Assembly (NCBI GenBank): GCA_964016885.1 | Contig: OZ024740.1 | Coordinates: 145,638,001 to 145,702,000 of the forward strand | Origin: Eledone cirrhosa | Taxonomy: Eukaryota | Direction: 5' to 3' | DNA length: 64,000 bases | Shown here: in pieces, positions 42,721 through 55,496 of the stretch | How positions within the stretch are numbered: position 1 is the first letter of the stretch | Layout: each line of letters begins with the position of its first letter | Position numbers and translations under genes: made by a program | The notes under the pieces: generated by a model | Told to the model about the DNA's origin: nothing | The model's input: only the letters and a program-made list of their open reading frames with translations | Databases searched by the model: none

Positions 42721-45700
42721 ATCATCATCATCACCGTTTTACGTCCGTTCTTCCACGCTAGCATGGGTTAGACGGGTTGTCCTGTTGTGGGCAGTGTCTG
42801 GTCGGCTGACCATGCCTTGCTCATACAGGAACTGATCTGGCTTGATTTCTACAGCTGGATGCCCTTCCTAACACCAACCTCATTTACAGTGAGTGCTGGG
42901 TGCTTTTTCGTGGCGCCTACACGTCCACTTTACAGTGTGGGCTGGGTGCTTTTTTGCCGTGGCACCTCCACGAGCACCTTGCGGTGGGGGGGGGGGGGGG
43001 GCATATTGTTTATATGCTTCAGCATGTACCCATGGGAGGTCGGGTACCCTGTATTACTGCGTGACGCCAGAAGTCACGGTCGTGTGTCATTGACTTTGAG
43101 AGGTGTAGTTGGGTAAGGTCGGCTTTTATCACCTCATCCCAAGTCATCTTGGGTCTCCCCACTCCGCGGTTTCCATCAACTTCTAGTGCTCTGCACCTTT
43201 TTATGCAGCTGTCATCCTTCATACGCATCACATGTCCATACCAGCGTAACCGCCTCTCCTGCACGCAGCATTTGATTCCTCTTATGCTCAGTCTCTCTCT
43301 CAATTCATTTATGCTTTGTCGTTCACGTATATTACTGTTACACATCCATCGGAGCATGCAGGCTTCGTTTCTCTCTAATCTACGTAAGTCTTCCACCTTC
43401 AGCGCCCAGGTCTCACTACCATGCAACATCGCTGTTCGGATACACGCATCATACAGTCTGCCTTTCATTCTGAGGGAGAAGCCTTTTGCAGCTAGCAGTG
43501 GTAGTAGTTCCCTAAACTTCTTCCATCCCGTTCTTACCCTAGTTATTGTACTTTCTGAGCACCCACCTCCGTTGCTAATTCGGTCACCTAGGTAGCAGAA
43601 GCTGTCTACTGTTTCTACAGGGCCCTCCCAGAGATTGGTGGTACTTGTTTCCTGTGGCTGTTTGCTTGCTGTTTCAGCACAGCTGCTGCATGTGAATCCT
43701 ACATTCTTAATTAAGCTTCCTGAGATCCCGCTACATCTCTTGTGTACCCATTGTTTGCATTTGGAGCAAAGAATGGAGTTCCTACCTACACCTTTCCTAC
43801 ATACTGAGCAAGGCCATTTCCCTGAGGGGATCTGGGTTCTGTTTTCTCGTCTACTTATAAGGACCTTAGTCTTTGTCATGTTGACTTTGAGGCCCTTTCT
43901 CTCTAGTCCCTGCTTCCAGGTTTGGAATTTATTCTCTAGTTCTACCATAGATTCAGCTATGAGTGCGAGGTCATCAGCATACAGGAGTTCCCATGGGCAT
44001 CCGGTCTTAAACTCCTCCGTTATTGCCTGCAGGACTATGATGAACAGGAGAGGGCGAAGAACAGAGCCCTGGTGGACCCCAACCTGTACGCTAAATTCCT
44101 CGCTATACTCATTGCCAATCCTAACTTTGCTGACTGCTCCCCTATACATGGCTTGTACCGCTTTCACAAGCCATTCATCTACTCCTAGTTTTCTAAGAGC
44201 CCACCAGATTACTGCACGTGGAACTCTGTCAAAGGCTTTCTCAAGGTCGACAAATGCCAAGTAGAGTGGCTTACTTTTAGCTAGGTACTTTTCCTGTAAT
44301 TGCCTCACAAGGAAGAGCGCATCAGTGGTGCCTTTCCCTGGAACAAACCCAAATTGCATCTCGTCTATATTCACCCGGTCCCTAATCAGCTGTGCTATAA
44401 CTCTTTCTGTTACTTTCATGACCTGGTCCATCAACTTTATACCTCTATAGTTTCCTCTATCTAGTGCATCGCCTTTACCTTTGTAGCAGTTGACAATGAT
44501 GCTACTGCACCAATCTTTTGGTATGGCCCCCTCTAGTATTACCTGGTTAACGATACGTGTGGTTATAGTGTGACCTACAGACCCAGATGCCTTCAGCATC
44601 TCGGCAGCTATACCCGATGGACCGGTTGCCTTCCCTATCTTCATATCTCTGATTGCCTTACTTACTACGCTGCCGCTGACTTGTACTGCTGGTCCCTCTA
44701 TAGGGTCTACGTGGGGTAGGGTCTCTTCTTCCCATGCATTCTCCTCATTTAGTAATCTATCATAATGACTCTTCCATGCATCTTTCTTCTCAGCACTTGT
44801 GAGGGCAAGCTCACCTTTATCATTCCGGATACACTTCTCTCCAATGACATCACAACTATCTCTGACACACTGCCTCGCAATCTTGAATACCTCCTGTTTC
44901 TGGTCCTCACGTTGTAAAACATGCTTGAATTTTCTATCCTCTGCTTCCCTCCTAGCTAAGTATACTTGTCGCCTAGCTTCCCTCTTGGTCTCTATGTAAT
45001 GTACCCTGCTCCCCCCGTTCTTCCATTCTTTCCATGCCTGTCTCTTGGCCTTGACTGCTTCATCTACCTTATTGTTCCACCACCAAGTCACTCTCCTCCT
45101 GCTTGAGGTCTTACTCCAGCCACAAACCTCATCCGTCGCCTCTAGTAAGTTATTTTTTAGGAACTCCCAGTTCTCTTCTACGTTAAATGTCTATCTGTTC
45201 TTCTTTACTGTCGTAGGCGTTGAGTAAAATATCTTTAAATCTGTTACTGGTTGAGGGGACTTTCAGCTTCCAGATCTTTCTTCTCCAGGTTGGCCTCTGT
45301 TTCAGGGCTCGTCTAGTTCTGACCGTGAGGTCGCTGACAACTAAGCTATGTTGGGATGTACATTCCTCACTAGGGAAGGCTTTTGTGTTTACGACCGTCC
45401 ATCTGTCACGTCCTCTGATGAGGATAAAATCTAACTGACTAGAGTGCTCCCCTGATCTATAGGTGATCAGGTGGTTGTCGGGTTTTTTAAAGTTTGTGTT
45501 ACATATCGACATGTCATTGGCGTCGCAGAATTCTAGAAGTCTGAATCCTTCCTCATTCCTTGTGCCAACTCCATGGCCTCCATGTACTCTATTGAAGCCG
45601 TCGCAGTGTTTACCTACGTGTCCGTTAAAATCTCCTGCAATGATTAGGAAGTCCTTGTCGTCTGTTAGAGCAGTAGTGTGTATTAGGGACTCGTAAAACC

Positions 45701-45745
45701 TATCCTTAAGTTCGTCTGGCAGCCCCGATTGGGGTGCGTAAGCTG

Positions 45746-45750
<5 letters not shown>
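42721..45750 (-). mobile_element. Young RTE LINE (PHD family), 5'-truncated within the APE domain
   Basis: IISAYAPQ..IIAGDFNGHVG..QLDFIL (45750-45183), one frameshift near 45185, then an open ORF to 43019; (GAT)n tail. Confidence 0.95.
43019..45091 (-). CDS. RTE ORF2 reverse transcriptase with an internal PHD-type finger (uninterrupted 690 aa)
   Basis: [45 protein letters not shown]. Confidence 0.9.
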   Translation of the reverse strand: MTWWWNNKVDEAVKAKRQAWKEWKNGGSRVHYIETKREARRQVYLARREAEDRKFKHVLQREDQKQEVFKIARQCVRDSCDVIGEKCIRNDKGELALTSAEKKDAWKSHYDRLLNEENAWEEETLPHVDPIEGPAVQVSGSVVSKAIRDMKIGKATGPSGIAAEMLKASGSVGHTITTRIVNQVILEGAIPKDWCSSIIVNCYKGKGDALDRGNYRGIKLMDQVMKVTERVIAQLIRDRVNIDEMQFGFVPGKGTTDALFLVRQLQEKYLAKSKPLYLAFVDLEKAFDRVPRAVIWWALRKLGVDEWLVKAVQAMYRGAVSKVRIGNEYSEEFSVQVGVHQGSVLRPLLFIIVLQAITEEFKTGCPWELLYADDLALIAESMVELENKFQTWKQGLERKGLKVNMTKTKVLISRRENRTQIPSGKWPCSVCRKGVGRNSILCSKCKQWVHKRCSGISGSLIKNVGFTCSSCAETASKQPQETSTTNLWEGPVETVDSFCYLGDRISNGGGCSESTITRVRTGWKKFRELLPLLAAKGFSLRMKGRLYDACIRTAMLHGSETWALKVEDLRRLERNEACMLRWMCNSNIRERQSINELRERLSIRGIKCCVQERRLRWYGHVMRMKDDSCIKRCRALEVDGNRGVGRPKMTWDEVIKADLTQLHLSKSMTHDRDFWRHAVIQGTRPPMGTC

Positions 45751-45825
<75 letters not shown>

Positions 45826-46409
45826 TATTGAGGACATACACACACATACTTTATTTTAATATTTTGACATCTTCCATGCTGACAAAAATTAGACTGAACT
45901 TTATGAGAGTGTTTTATGGCCAGGTGTGATTTCTGAGGCCAACCCTTTCTGTCACCTATTATAAAAACTGGGCTATACATGTTAAAGATGACTGGACTCC
46001 ACAAGGCACAGCAAAGGCTACTCATCAAATAACTGTGAATAAAAACTGATACAGGGTAGATGAAGTTCTATTGGCTTCTAATATGAGACAGTGTAGACTA
46101 GGTGTATTTTATTGTGTTAACACTTTTTTTTTTTTTTAAATGACAATGTATACTGCAACAAATGAAAAATGCTATGAGACCTGTGTAACTCATGCCAGCA
46201 TGGACATAATATGATGCAATCACCATCATCCTCATCATTTTTATATCAAATGATGATGCTTTTCCATGCTGGCATTGGTTAGTTGTGTGAAACTTTTCTG
46301 AGGCAGTATTCTATGGCTGGATGCACTTCCTGGCACTACCTGTACTTCATCAAAAGAACCGCTAAGAGACAAACTCCCACACACATATATCACGGGCTTC
46401 TACACATTA

Positions 46410-46546
46410 TCCGTCAAACAAATTTCACTCGTGAGGCATTTGTCATCGTGAGAGTATAGTGGAAAACACTTTCCCAAGGTGCTACCCAGTAGCATGAAAC
46501 CTGAAACCACATAGTTACCAAGGAAACTTCTTACATACACAGCCAT
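46410..46546 (-). mobile_element. Decayed CORE-like SINE; relatives at ~20270-20385, 22320-22450, 51815-51920, 56800-56935 and 57760-57892
   Basis: Shared gacacttgcccaaggtg..agtgg.attgaacc..gtggttg..cttcttaaccacacagc motif. Confidence 0.65.
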
Positions 46547-46639
46547 GTGTGCTTGTGTGTAGATCTATTCCACAAACATGTCAAAATTAACAATAAAAAT
46601 TGTAGCCCAAAAAGAAGAGACAGGTGGAAATTAAACCCA

Positions 46640-47800
46640 CATATCTTTGCTGACACTAAAGTGATTTACAATTATGTTGCTTTATTCCCAGTCTCTTTGT
46701 TAACCCTATAAGCACAATCTTGTTCAACAGTACCAAAACACAGACACTATACATTATCTAGAAAACATACCTACACTACACTCTCTAATCATAAACATAC
46801 ACATCATGATTTTATAATTTTTTATGAACTGCCACATGAATTAGACATTTAGATCACGAAAGTTGTGTTTCGCTATCAGAGACAGGAAATATGTCAACCT
46901 TGAAGCTGATTTGCAATGCTTTGGAATATGGTGAAACTTTATCATGTTAAAAAGGCCATCTATTTACATATGCAAGCCTTTACTCAGCAACACTAAACAA
47001 AGGCCATCTATCTACATAACCAAGCTTTTACTTAACAACATGCTACAAACTCCAGGTCCAAATGCCAACAATTTATAACCACCACTAGAAATAAATGGCA
47101 GAATCAATAACAGTACTGAAATACATTCTAGTAAACCTGAAAAGGCTAACAATCTCTTTAAAGACCAATTACACACAGCAAAAGTAGAACCATCCTACCA
47201 CAAAACACCTAACTAAAATCAGCACAAGCCACTAACTACCTAGCACAAAACAATCCTAATACAAATCTTAAGTAATTAGGACATGTCACTTTACCCAATC
47301 ATATCAATTGTCACAAAACATCTTCAATATACTGCATAATAAAACTCAACATAAACATTTAAAAAAATAAATAAATAAAACAAGCAGCTTATACTTAAAA
47401 TCCAAAACAAACCATCATCTAAGCTGTTCTATGCCACAACAGCAAAAACTTACACATAGTGTATTGCAATATTAATGACATTAAAAATATATGCATCAAC
47501 CTAAAATGTTTGCCAATATAGAGAAAACCCATAAAACATTTGTAAAAAAAAAAAAATGAAAGCAACAAAAATTAATATGCAACACCCACCACTCAATAAA
47601 TCTCAAGTTACACCCTCATAATACAGGACAGGCAAATCATGGGAAATGCTCTCATGACATAAGTAAAATTAATATATCACATATGAATAAATTAATTATA
47701 TATAAGAAAGTGTTTCTACTCTTACTGCATTGAAGTTGATGAGACCTAACTAGGTCAAAATCTCACTCCTTTCATTATCTCTAAAGGTTATATATCTCTC
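46640..47800 (+). pseudogene. Heavily decayed Penelope-like element ending in a degenerate hammerhead
   Basis: Broken motifs YLHYT-SNH (~46770), YNPP (~47075), HF..IFN (~47290-47330), KLFY (~47420) and LNKS (~47592); HHR relic at 47732-47769. Confidence 0.4.
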
Positions 47801-49136
47801 AAATTGTTTTAGAGCAATGTTAGAAATACTTATATAGAATGAAATATTATATATAGGAGACATCATAACAGGTATAATGAAAACAAGTGATTTAAATATT
47901 CAGTAATTCTAAACACATTAACAGTCACATATAAAATCATACCACCACTAATCTCAGCTACATTTTCACCAACTCACACTTCATTTATATTACCTAAAAT
48001 CCCACCAAAATAATTTCAATATATACATCATAGTGCAAACAAATATAAAGAATATATTATTCCAACTAAAATTTCTAAATGACTCACCAATATACCAATA
48101 TTTATTTATATTCAATAAAGGCAAGAAAAAACAAGTCATAGAAACAAAGTTGCTAAATCAATAAAAATCAGGATGGACATAACTGGAATGAAATTAAACA
48201 TGGATCCACTAAATAAACTAAAAATAACTCCTATGAAAGAAAGGCTAAAATACTTCAGATACACTTCATAGATGGATCAGCAACACTCAAGAACATTACA
48301 ATACCATCCTATGTCATTCAATATGCACATTCTCAATTTAAAAAAATGAATCTTTTTGACCTTATAAAAGCCAATAAACAATAAAACAGACATCATGTGC
48401 TAACCACAACACTATTCAACTGAATATTGCATGACAAAATGTACTATATGTATCAAATAACACAGACACATTGCATATCCAAAATACTAGACATGTGGAT
48501 TGCACAAAGCTATTTGAGTGATTAACTCAGCATCACAAATTTGAGAAGAACTGATCATGATAAAAGCACTACCAATACTGGAAAATACTGCTCATTAAAT
48601 TTCAAAGCCGTTGTAATACTGGAATTTCCATTTCTCAACATTATCATTTTCGCATTCAATCTTAATTTAACTTTCCCTTCAATTCCCCCTTTCTTGGAGA
48701 CTTTCTCACTTTCCCTCTCTCCCTTCACAGACACATTTTTCTCCCTCATCTTCATGTGTGTGTCACTCACACACGTGTGTAGAATATCATGTATATTCAC
48801 GTGTATGTGCTGGTATTTGTGTGAGATGGGTAGTGTGGTTCTGTGAATGAATTCATATAAGTACATAGCACGTTTAGAAATGAATCTGTATATGTAAATA
48901 ATCATGCATAATGTGCTTGCGTTTGCATGCACATGTAAAGATGTGTGTATAAATTTATATATATGTATTATGAGTTGCACAGATTGTACTGGGTTACATG
49001 TTACCAGTAGCGCTGAAGAGTTACCTGACACACATACACATATATATATACATACACACACACATATATATACACATATCTGTATACATTATATATATAT
49101 ATACACACATGTATACATCATATATAGATTTACACA

Positions 49137-49189
<53 letters not shown>

Positions 49190-50079
49190 GCGTGTGGAAG
49201 ATATCAATAAGTGTAAGCTAATGTGTAAATGGCCATGTCACCGTGTCCCTAAGTGTATGTTGCTAGTAACTATACATATTTCGAACTTAACATAAATTAA
49301 GTGTAAGTTAAATCATTTAAGTTAAACAAACAAATAACTTCTTTTTACATATTTCGAACTCCTAGTAAAAATATAAAAGAAAGGATTTGTTCGAAAATTT
49401 ATTTGTAATATTTGGGGAAATATATATTAATTCTAAACCCTCTTTTTGCAAATTTTCTAATACTAATTGATAATATATATATAGAGAAATACTATTTTTT
49501 TTTATTATAATCATATTATTAATAGAATTATAGGTGGCAAATTTAGCAGAGCCACTAGAATGTCGGATAGAATACTTTGAAGTGTTCATTGTGGTATCCT
49601 GCCAAAGTTAACTTTGCCTCTTATCCTTTTGTGTTGATATTGTGGTCAATTCTTCCTCTATATCTTTCTATCACTTCTATCTCTCTCATTTTCTCTCCTT
49701 CACTTGAAGAAATTGGTTGTGTTCAGACCTGGCGAGGGATGGGTCCTGCCAAGTTTAAAATACCAAAGAAACGCTGTGTATCACTATGACATCCCTACAA
49801 CTCTACCAGGAGTTACAGGTACATACATTCATATTAATAGAATTGAAAACATTAACGATGGTAAGAAAGTTGGGCATCTTTCTGTCTCAAGTTCAAATTT
49901 CACTCGGAACAACTTTACTTCTTGACCTCCAGAATTAATTAAGTTCCCATAGTATAGTGGAATCCATGCAACTATGTATGAGTGACCCCGTAACTCCTGA
50001 GTCATAGGGGCACTCCAGCTCTGAACACAGCCAGTAGCTGAGAGAGATAGACAATGTGAGAAAGCTATATAGAAGAAGA

Positions 50080-50225
50080 ATTGACCCCAGTACTGAGCTG
50101 GTAATTTTTTTATCGGCCTTGAAAGGATGAAAGGCAAAGTTAACTCCACCATGTTTTGAACTCAGAGTACAGAGAGCAAAACATTCTATCTGACATTCTA
50201 ACAACTCTGCCAATTTGCCACCGTT
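50080..50225 (-). mobile_element. Deu/Nin-like SINE, decayed
   Basis: aaggatgaaaggcaaagttaac..tttgaactcaga (reverse complement of the 41696 family). Confidence 0.65.
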
Positions 50226-50289
50226 TAAGTAACTATAGTTTGCCATTAAATATTTAGCTAAAGCAAAAGAAATCAATGATAATACTTAC

Positions 50290-50303
50290 ATAGTTGTAAC
50301 TTG
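50290..50303 (-). other. Candidate 14-nt micro-exon
   Basis: TACTAAC branch site, ttttgttaatgttgttttag| CAAGTTACAACTAT |gtaagtat. Confidence 0.4.
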
Positions 50304-50606
50304 CTAAAACAACATTAACAAAAGTTAGTAAAGAACCACCCTTCTATTTGATATTCCATAATAGCTATTGTGAGTAGTCCAATGTATTCAATTATTACAA
50401 CTTTATCATCAATGCTTTGATTATATAAGAGTGGAGTATATCCACACACATATAAATAAATAAAAATTATGACTTATGTTAACGAATTGTGAAGGACTAT
50501 TTTTAGGAATGAGTAAATACATTTTTTTTTCTAAATATATATATATATATATGTTACCACAGCTGTCTTATATAAAATTATCTTTTAATCTGGATGGTAT
50601 TATTTT

Positions 50607-50607
<1 letters not shown>

Positions 50608-50691
<84 letters not shown>
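50608..50691. repeat. (GA)n microsatellite
   Basis: Direct reading. Confidence 0.95.
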
Positions 50692-50692
<1 letters not shown>

Positions 50693-50824
50693 AAATATTT
50701 ATTTAGAGAGAGAGAGAATGTTTTTATATAGCGACCGATGGCAACTTCTTTTTCCCGTCTTTAAGGGTCTTCCTATTGTATAAGCTATTTTACTACATCT
50801 CTGTAGCATGAGCATTTCATTCTT

Positions 50825-50861
<37 letters not shown>

Positions 50862-51200
50862 TATTATTCTTATCTTTACAACAGAGTATTTTATCAATTT
50901 AGGAACTATATAATCCCTTAAATGATGATATCTAATTTAAGCACAAAGCCAACTGTTTGGGGGAAGAGATAAATGATAAATCAATTACATCAACCCAGTA
51001 TTTCACTGGTACTTTATTTTATCAACCCTAGAAGGATGAAAGACAAAGCTGATTTTGACAGTTGTTTTCCTATGCTATATGGGATGAACAGTCTGCTTGT
51101 GAAATTAACATGTAAATGGCTGAGTATTCCACATTCACCCTTATAGTAATTATCAGGGAAATTCAGTGTGACAGAGTGTGTGACAAGATGGCCTCTTTAA

Positions 51201-51773
51201 TCCTTTAACATTTACATTATGGAGGCACATGGCTTAGATGGAGGCACATGGCTTAGTGGTTAGAGCATTGGCCTTGCAATCGAAAGGTTGTGAGTTCAAT
51301 TCTCAGACCGAGTGATGTGTTGTTTCCTTGAGCAAGACTTTATTTCACATTGCTCCAGTTTACTCAGCTGTAGAAATGAGATGATAGGGACTGGGGTCCA
51401 TATCATTCCACTGCAAAGTAGTCATGGAGGTGCCACGGCAAAAAAGCACTCAGCACTCACTGTAAATGAGGTTGGTGTTAGGAAGGGCATCCAGCTGTAG
51501 AAATAAAGCCAGAATCAGTTCCCGTCCCACCCTTGCAAGCAGGGAAAAGTGGACGTAAAATGATGATGATGATTACTCTATATTTACTATTGTATTTCAC
51601 GGTAAACACTTTATTTCACAAAATTATCTTACATAATATCGAATCTACAAGATTTTGATATTTATTTTGAGAACAATACCTTAACATAAGTATGAGCAGC
51701 CAGTTATAGCCGGTTTGAACAGAAAGAGGTGAGAGAATTCTGGCCGGATATAGCTGGTTTAAATGCTAAAGAG
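51201..51773 (-). mobile_element. piggyBac-like MITE split by a SINE insertion
   Basis: ttaa|tcctttaacatttacatta ... ctctatatttactatt...gctaaagag|ttaa; same family as 14271 and 60389. Confidence 0.75.
51220..51573 (+). mobile_element. tRNA-head CORE-like SINE with an RTE-derived 3' tail
   Basis: tggcttagtggtt (box A), gagttcaattc (box B), ccttgagcaagac CORE-like; ends gttggtgttaggaagggcatccagctgtag..ggacgtaaaatgatgatgat as in the local RTEs. Confidence 0.82.
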
Positions 51774-52759
51774 TTAATTAAATTACAGGTACAATCCATC
51801 CTATGGGATTCCTAGCAGTTTCCATCAACCCCATTTCACTCACAAGGCTTGGATCTACCTGAGGCTATGGTAAATGACACTTGCCCAAGATGTCATGCAG
51901 TGGAATTGAACCCAGGACGTTATTTGCATTACCATCCATACCACTGCTCCTCTAACAAATAACTAAACAAATGACTGGCATAACCCCATCTTATCTTGGT
52001 AATTTTAGTATATCAAAAATTAAACCTAGAAGTTTTTCAAGTTTTCATGGCTTCATGTCCTCAAATAATTTTTGTCTTCTTGTCCTTAAATTTTACTCAC
52101 CATTTTGAAAGCCAGCTCCTCGATAGCTCACATTAGTTCTTGTCCTACATATTATTCCTATTCTATAACCTTTGTACATGACACTTCCATGTTGCTTTTC
52201 TGCATTATCACTGAGCAAACACACCCATACTTTATATATATTTCTCTCTATAACATCGTGAATTATCTTAACACATTATCATATATTTCGAAACACTTCA
52301 GTCCTCTTATTCTTGTGGATGTACAACCTTGCTAAACTTCTGGGGAAACACAGCATTTATCTTCTACCTCAGCTCAAGTATTTTTCACTATCTTCATTCT
52401 TCCACTATCTCTAATACTTTCCTGCTTGATCTATAACATTATTCTAACACTATGTTGCCTGCTGTCTGGCTGGCCCTCTGCTTCCACCACACTACTGGTC
52501 AGTAAATTATCTCTGATAATCAATATAAAATATTTCATGAAGAATCTAGTTTTTTTAAAATGTACTACACAAATCTATAGCGAGACTATATCAGATAAAC
52601 AGATTAATGCTATATTCAAATTAATCAGTAGAGGATTCAAGCAAGAATTCACAGCAAATTTTATAAAATTGTTGATCAGTTCAAATCACCAGGAAATTAC
52701 AGCTGTGTGTGTCTGTATAAGAACACCAGTGAAATAAAAGTAGTAGTAGTTGATAGTTT

Positions 52760-53322
52760 CTGTTACTTATGTGACCTAATTACTAGTGGAAGAGGTTGCT
52801 CTAAAAGCAGAGTAGCTAGAGTAAGAACATGATAGAAAAAGTTCAGGAAACTACCCTCTGTTGACAACAAAGGCGTTTTCTCTCCAAAGGGTAGATTGTA
52901 TGATATCCAAGTGAGAAGCACAATGCTGATTGGCAGTAAATGCAGAGGATATGCAAAGGCTGGAAAGAAATGAAGTATGTTCTGTTGGATGTTTAATATT
53001 AATGTGCATAAACAAATGAACTGAGAGGAAAACTGGGTATAAGAGGAATTAGATGCAATACGCAAAAGAAAAGACTGCATTGGAATAGACACATGATGTG
53101 TATGGATGATGATCATTGGATGAAGAAGTGCCAAGAGTTCCCAGTGGAAGAAAGCTGCAGTAGAAGACTGAGGAAGAGCTAAGTAAAAGTAGTGAGAGCT
53201 AATCTCAACATCATGAATCTCACAAAGGAGATGATGAAGGAAGTGTAGGCAGGCTGTGCTTGAGTAAACTCATTCAATCCCTGCAAGCATACAAAAAGGA
53301 TGTACAATATTGAAGATGATAT
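52760..53322 (+). pseudogene. Decayed RTE 3' fragment
   Basis: CYLCDLITSGRGCSKSRVARVRT*, KKFRKL and RLHW remnants. Confidence 0.75.
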
Positions 53323-55293
53323 TGAAATTTGCTTCAGAATCACATGATTTTATGTTCAGTTCCACAGCATATCAAATTGTAAAAGTGTCCTCTTGGACCA
53401 ACCAATGCCTTGTGAGTGAATTTGATAGATGGAACTTGTAGAAGGCTTATATATATAGGGGGGGGGGTACGTGTGTGTGTGTGTGTGTGTGGTGTGTGGC
53501 GTGCGGTGTGTGGCGTGTGTGCGTGCGTGTGTGTGTATGGGTTTGGGTATATGGATGTATATCTGTGTGTATGTGAGTATGCCAGTCACTGCAAAACATC
53601 ATAACATTTATAGAAAAAAAACCATTAAAAGTAACATTGCTGATATCCCCAACAATACATCTTGCAGTGTAGTGGTTTGATGAATATCAGCAGTATATAC
53701 CATACATAAAATAAAGTATGAGTTGACGTCAGGAAGGATATCCAGTCAGAGAAAACCCGTCTTCAAAAGCTTCATCGCAACCCATACAAGCATGTAAAAA
53801 GCAGATGTAAAAATGATGATGATGAATTTCTGTAAAAATATCCTGAAGAGAAAATCAAATGGTGGAAATGCTGCAACAGCTATGAGTAAATACTACTCTT
53901 ACCAGTGAAAATATAATTGATTTGACAACTACTTTTGGTATTTTATAGTATTAAATATTTACTACTAAAAATGAATTAGCTGTTTGTTGCTAAGATACAT
54001 AAAATATAATCCAATAATTTGAGCCAATGAAGGAGCCCATAGGTAGTTGCATAAATTGTATCAGTAGCCTCACACACTACTTTTTTTGATTTGGTGTGGA
54101 AGAAAAGCTGAAATGGCACAAGAATAGCCAGTACCAAGGATTAGAGCCACTGTAGTAGCCATAGTGAAGGCCAGAGGTTCAAATTTGTTACTTCCTGAGC
54201 AATTTCCTGAGACTCAGTCAAATGGCCTGTTTTAAAATGTGTCTAAAATGTCTGTAGTTGGACCATGCCAGGTATTGGAACAATATTTGTATTGTGTTGT
54301 TGGGAAATGAAATATTTTCTGACCCTAAAGAAGACCAATCTTTGTGATGCAGAATTTGTTATATTGATGTGAGATCATTGGGAGAGATGATCATTGATGG
54401 TCTGCCATGACTTTCATGCTTCTAGTTGTTTTGTTTTTTCATGTTTAAGAATGAGGATACAACACTGCTTGATATGTGTAGTGATTTTGACATTTGAAAA
54501 GTTTATTATTTCTTTTTTCAACCTTGACATTTTGTGAAGTCTAGTCGGTGTTAGCATATTGTGCAATCACAATAACCCCCTGCCAGGAACCTAGTCTGAA
54601 TGCTTGCAATAGAATGAATTTCATTAAAGGCGCATATAGGCCAAAAAATGGTATTAAACAAAGCAGAGTTATATGTCTCCTTCTCCAAATAGAAATATCC
54701 TCTACATGGTCACTCAGCCCACCAAAGATAGCAGGACAACATTGGATAATTTAATGTTAATCACATCCTAACTGAATGAAAGAAAATCATGACGAAAACA
54801 CTATCCTAAAATACCCTATCCGTCTCACTCCAGACAAACATAAATAAGAACATACACACTGATAGTGTTGCAACTTTAATAACCACATTATATCCAAACA
54901 CTGCATTAAGATACACTCAATTAATGATAATTGCAGAACAGCAATTATGACACTGATCGAGTTCACTTTGCCCCAACTCAGCTGTGACCACCACCAGAAT
55001 CTGTAAATGTACTAAAGTAGATTGGACAGTGGTGAGGTTCTATGTTCAGACTGTCACACTGCATCCAATACAATTAACCAATGGATGTTAGAATTGCAGC
55101 ACAGTCATCAGCTTAGTAGAAGCATAGTATATTTAAAACACTAGATCTGTGGATTATATCTAATCTTTTAACTGATTTTCATATATACCTAGCTCTGATT
55201 GATGCGAGGTTACCTGAACCTACAATATAACCATGTAATTTATGTAGAAAAATGTTAGTTATTCAATTCTGATACTTTTTAATATTTTAATTC

Positions 55294-55496
55294 TTAATGT
55301 CCTGCACCACATGAAACTGCAGTAGCAAAGTAATCTTGAAAACTACAAAACAGTACTCCAGCTGCATCACATTAAAAATTTAAGTCCTTAATTTACTGCA
55401 CAATCTGTCCATGAGTAAAAATACTATAGACATTTGAATCAACAAACCTGTTTTTATACATTTTCTACTAAATCATTACAAAATCTTAAGAGTTAA
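55294..55496. repeat. ~200-bp dispersed repeat, second diverged copy at ~56500-56705; both end at gttaa (probable TTAA MITE)
   Basis: catgaaac..cagtagcaa, attaaaaat, catttgaat and gttaaaatt.ggcattt are shared. Confidence 0.5.

Noticed and set aside
49010-49030. ctgaagag core-like motif
   Set aside because: No downstream stem II or GAAA.
53903-53965. Minus-strand exon candidate with a gtaaga donor
   Set aside because: Stops in all three frames.
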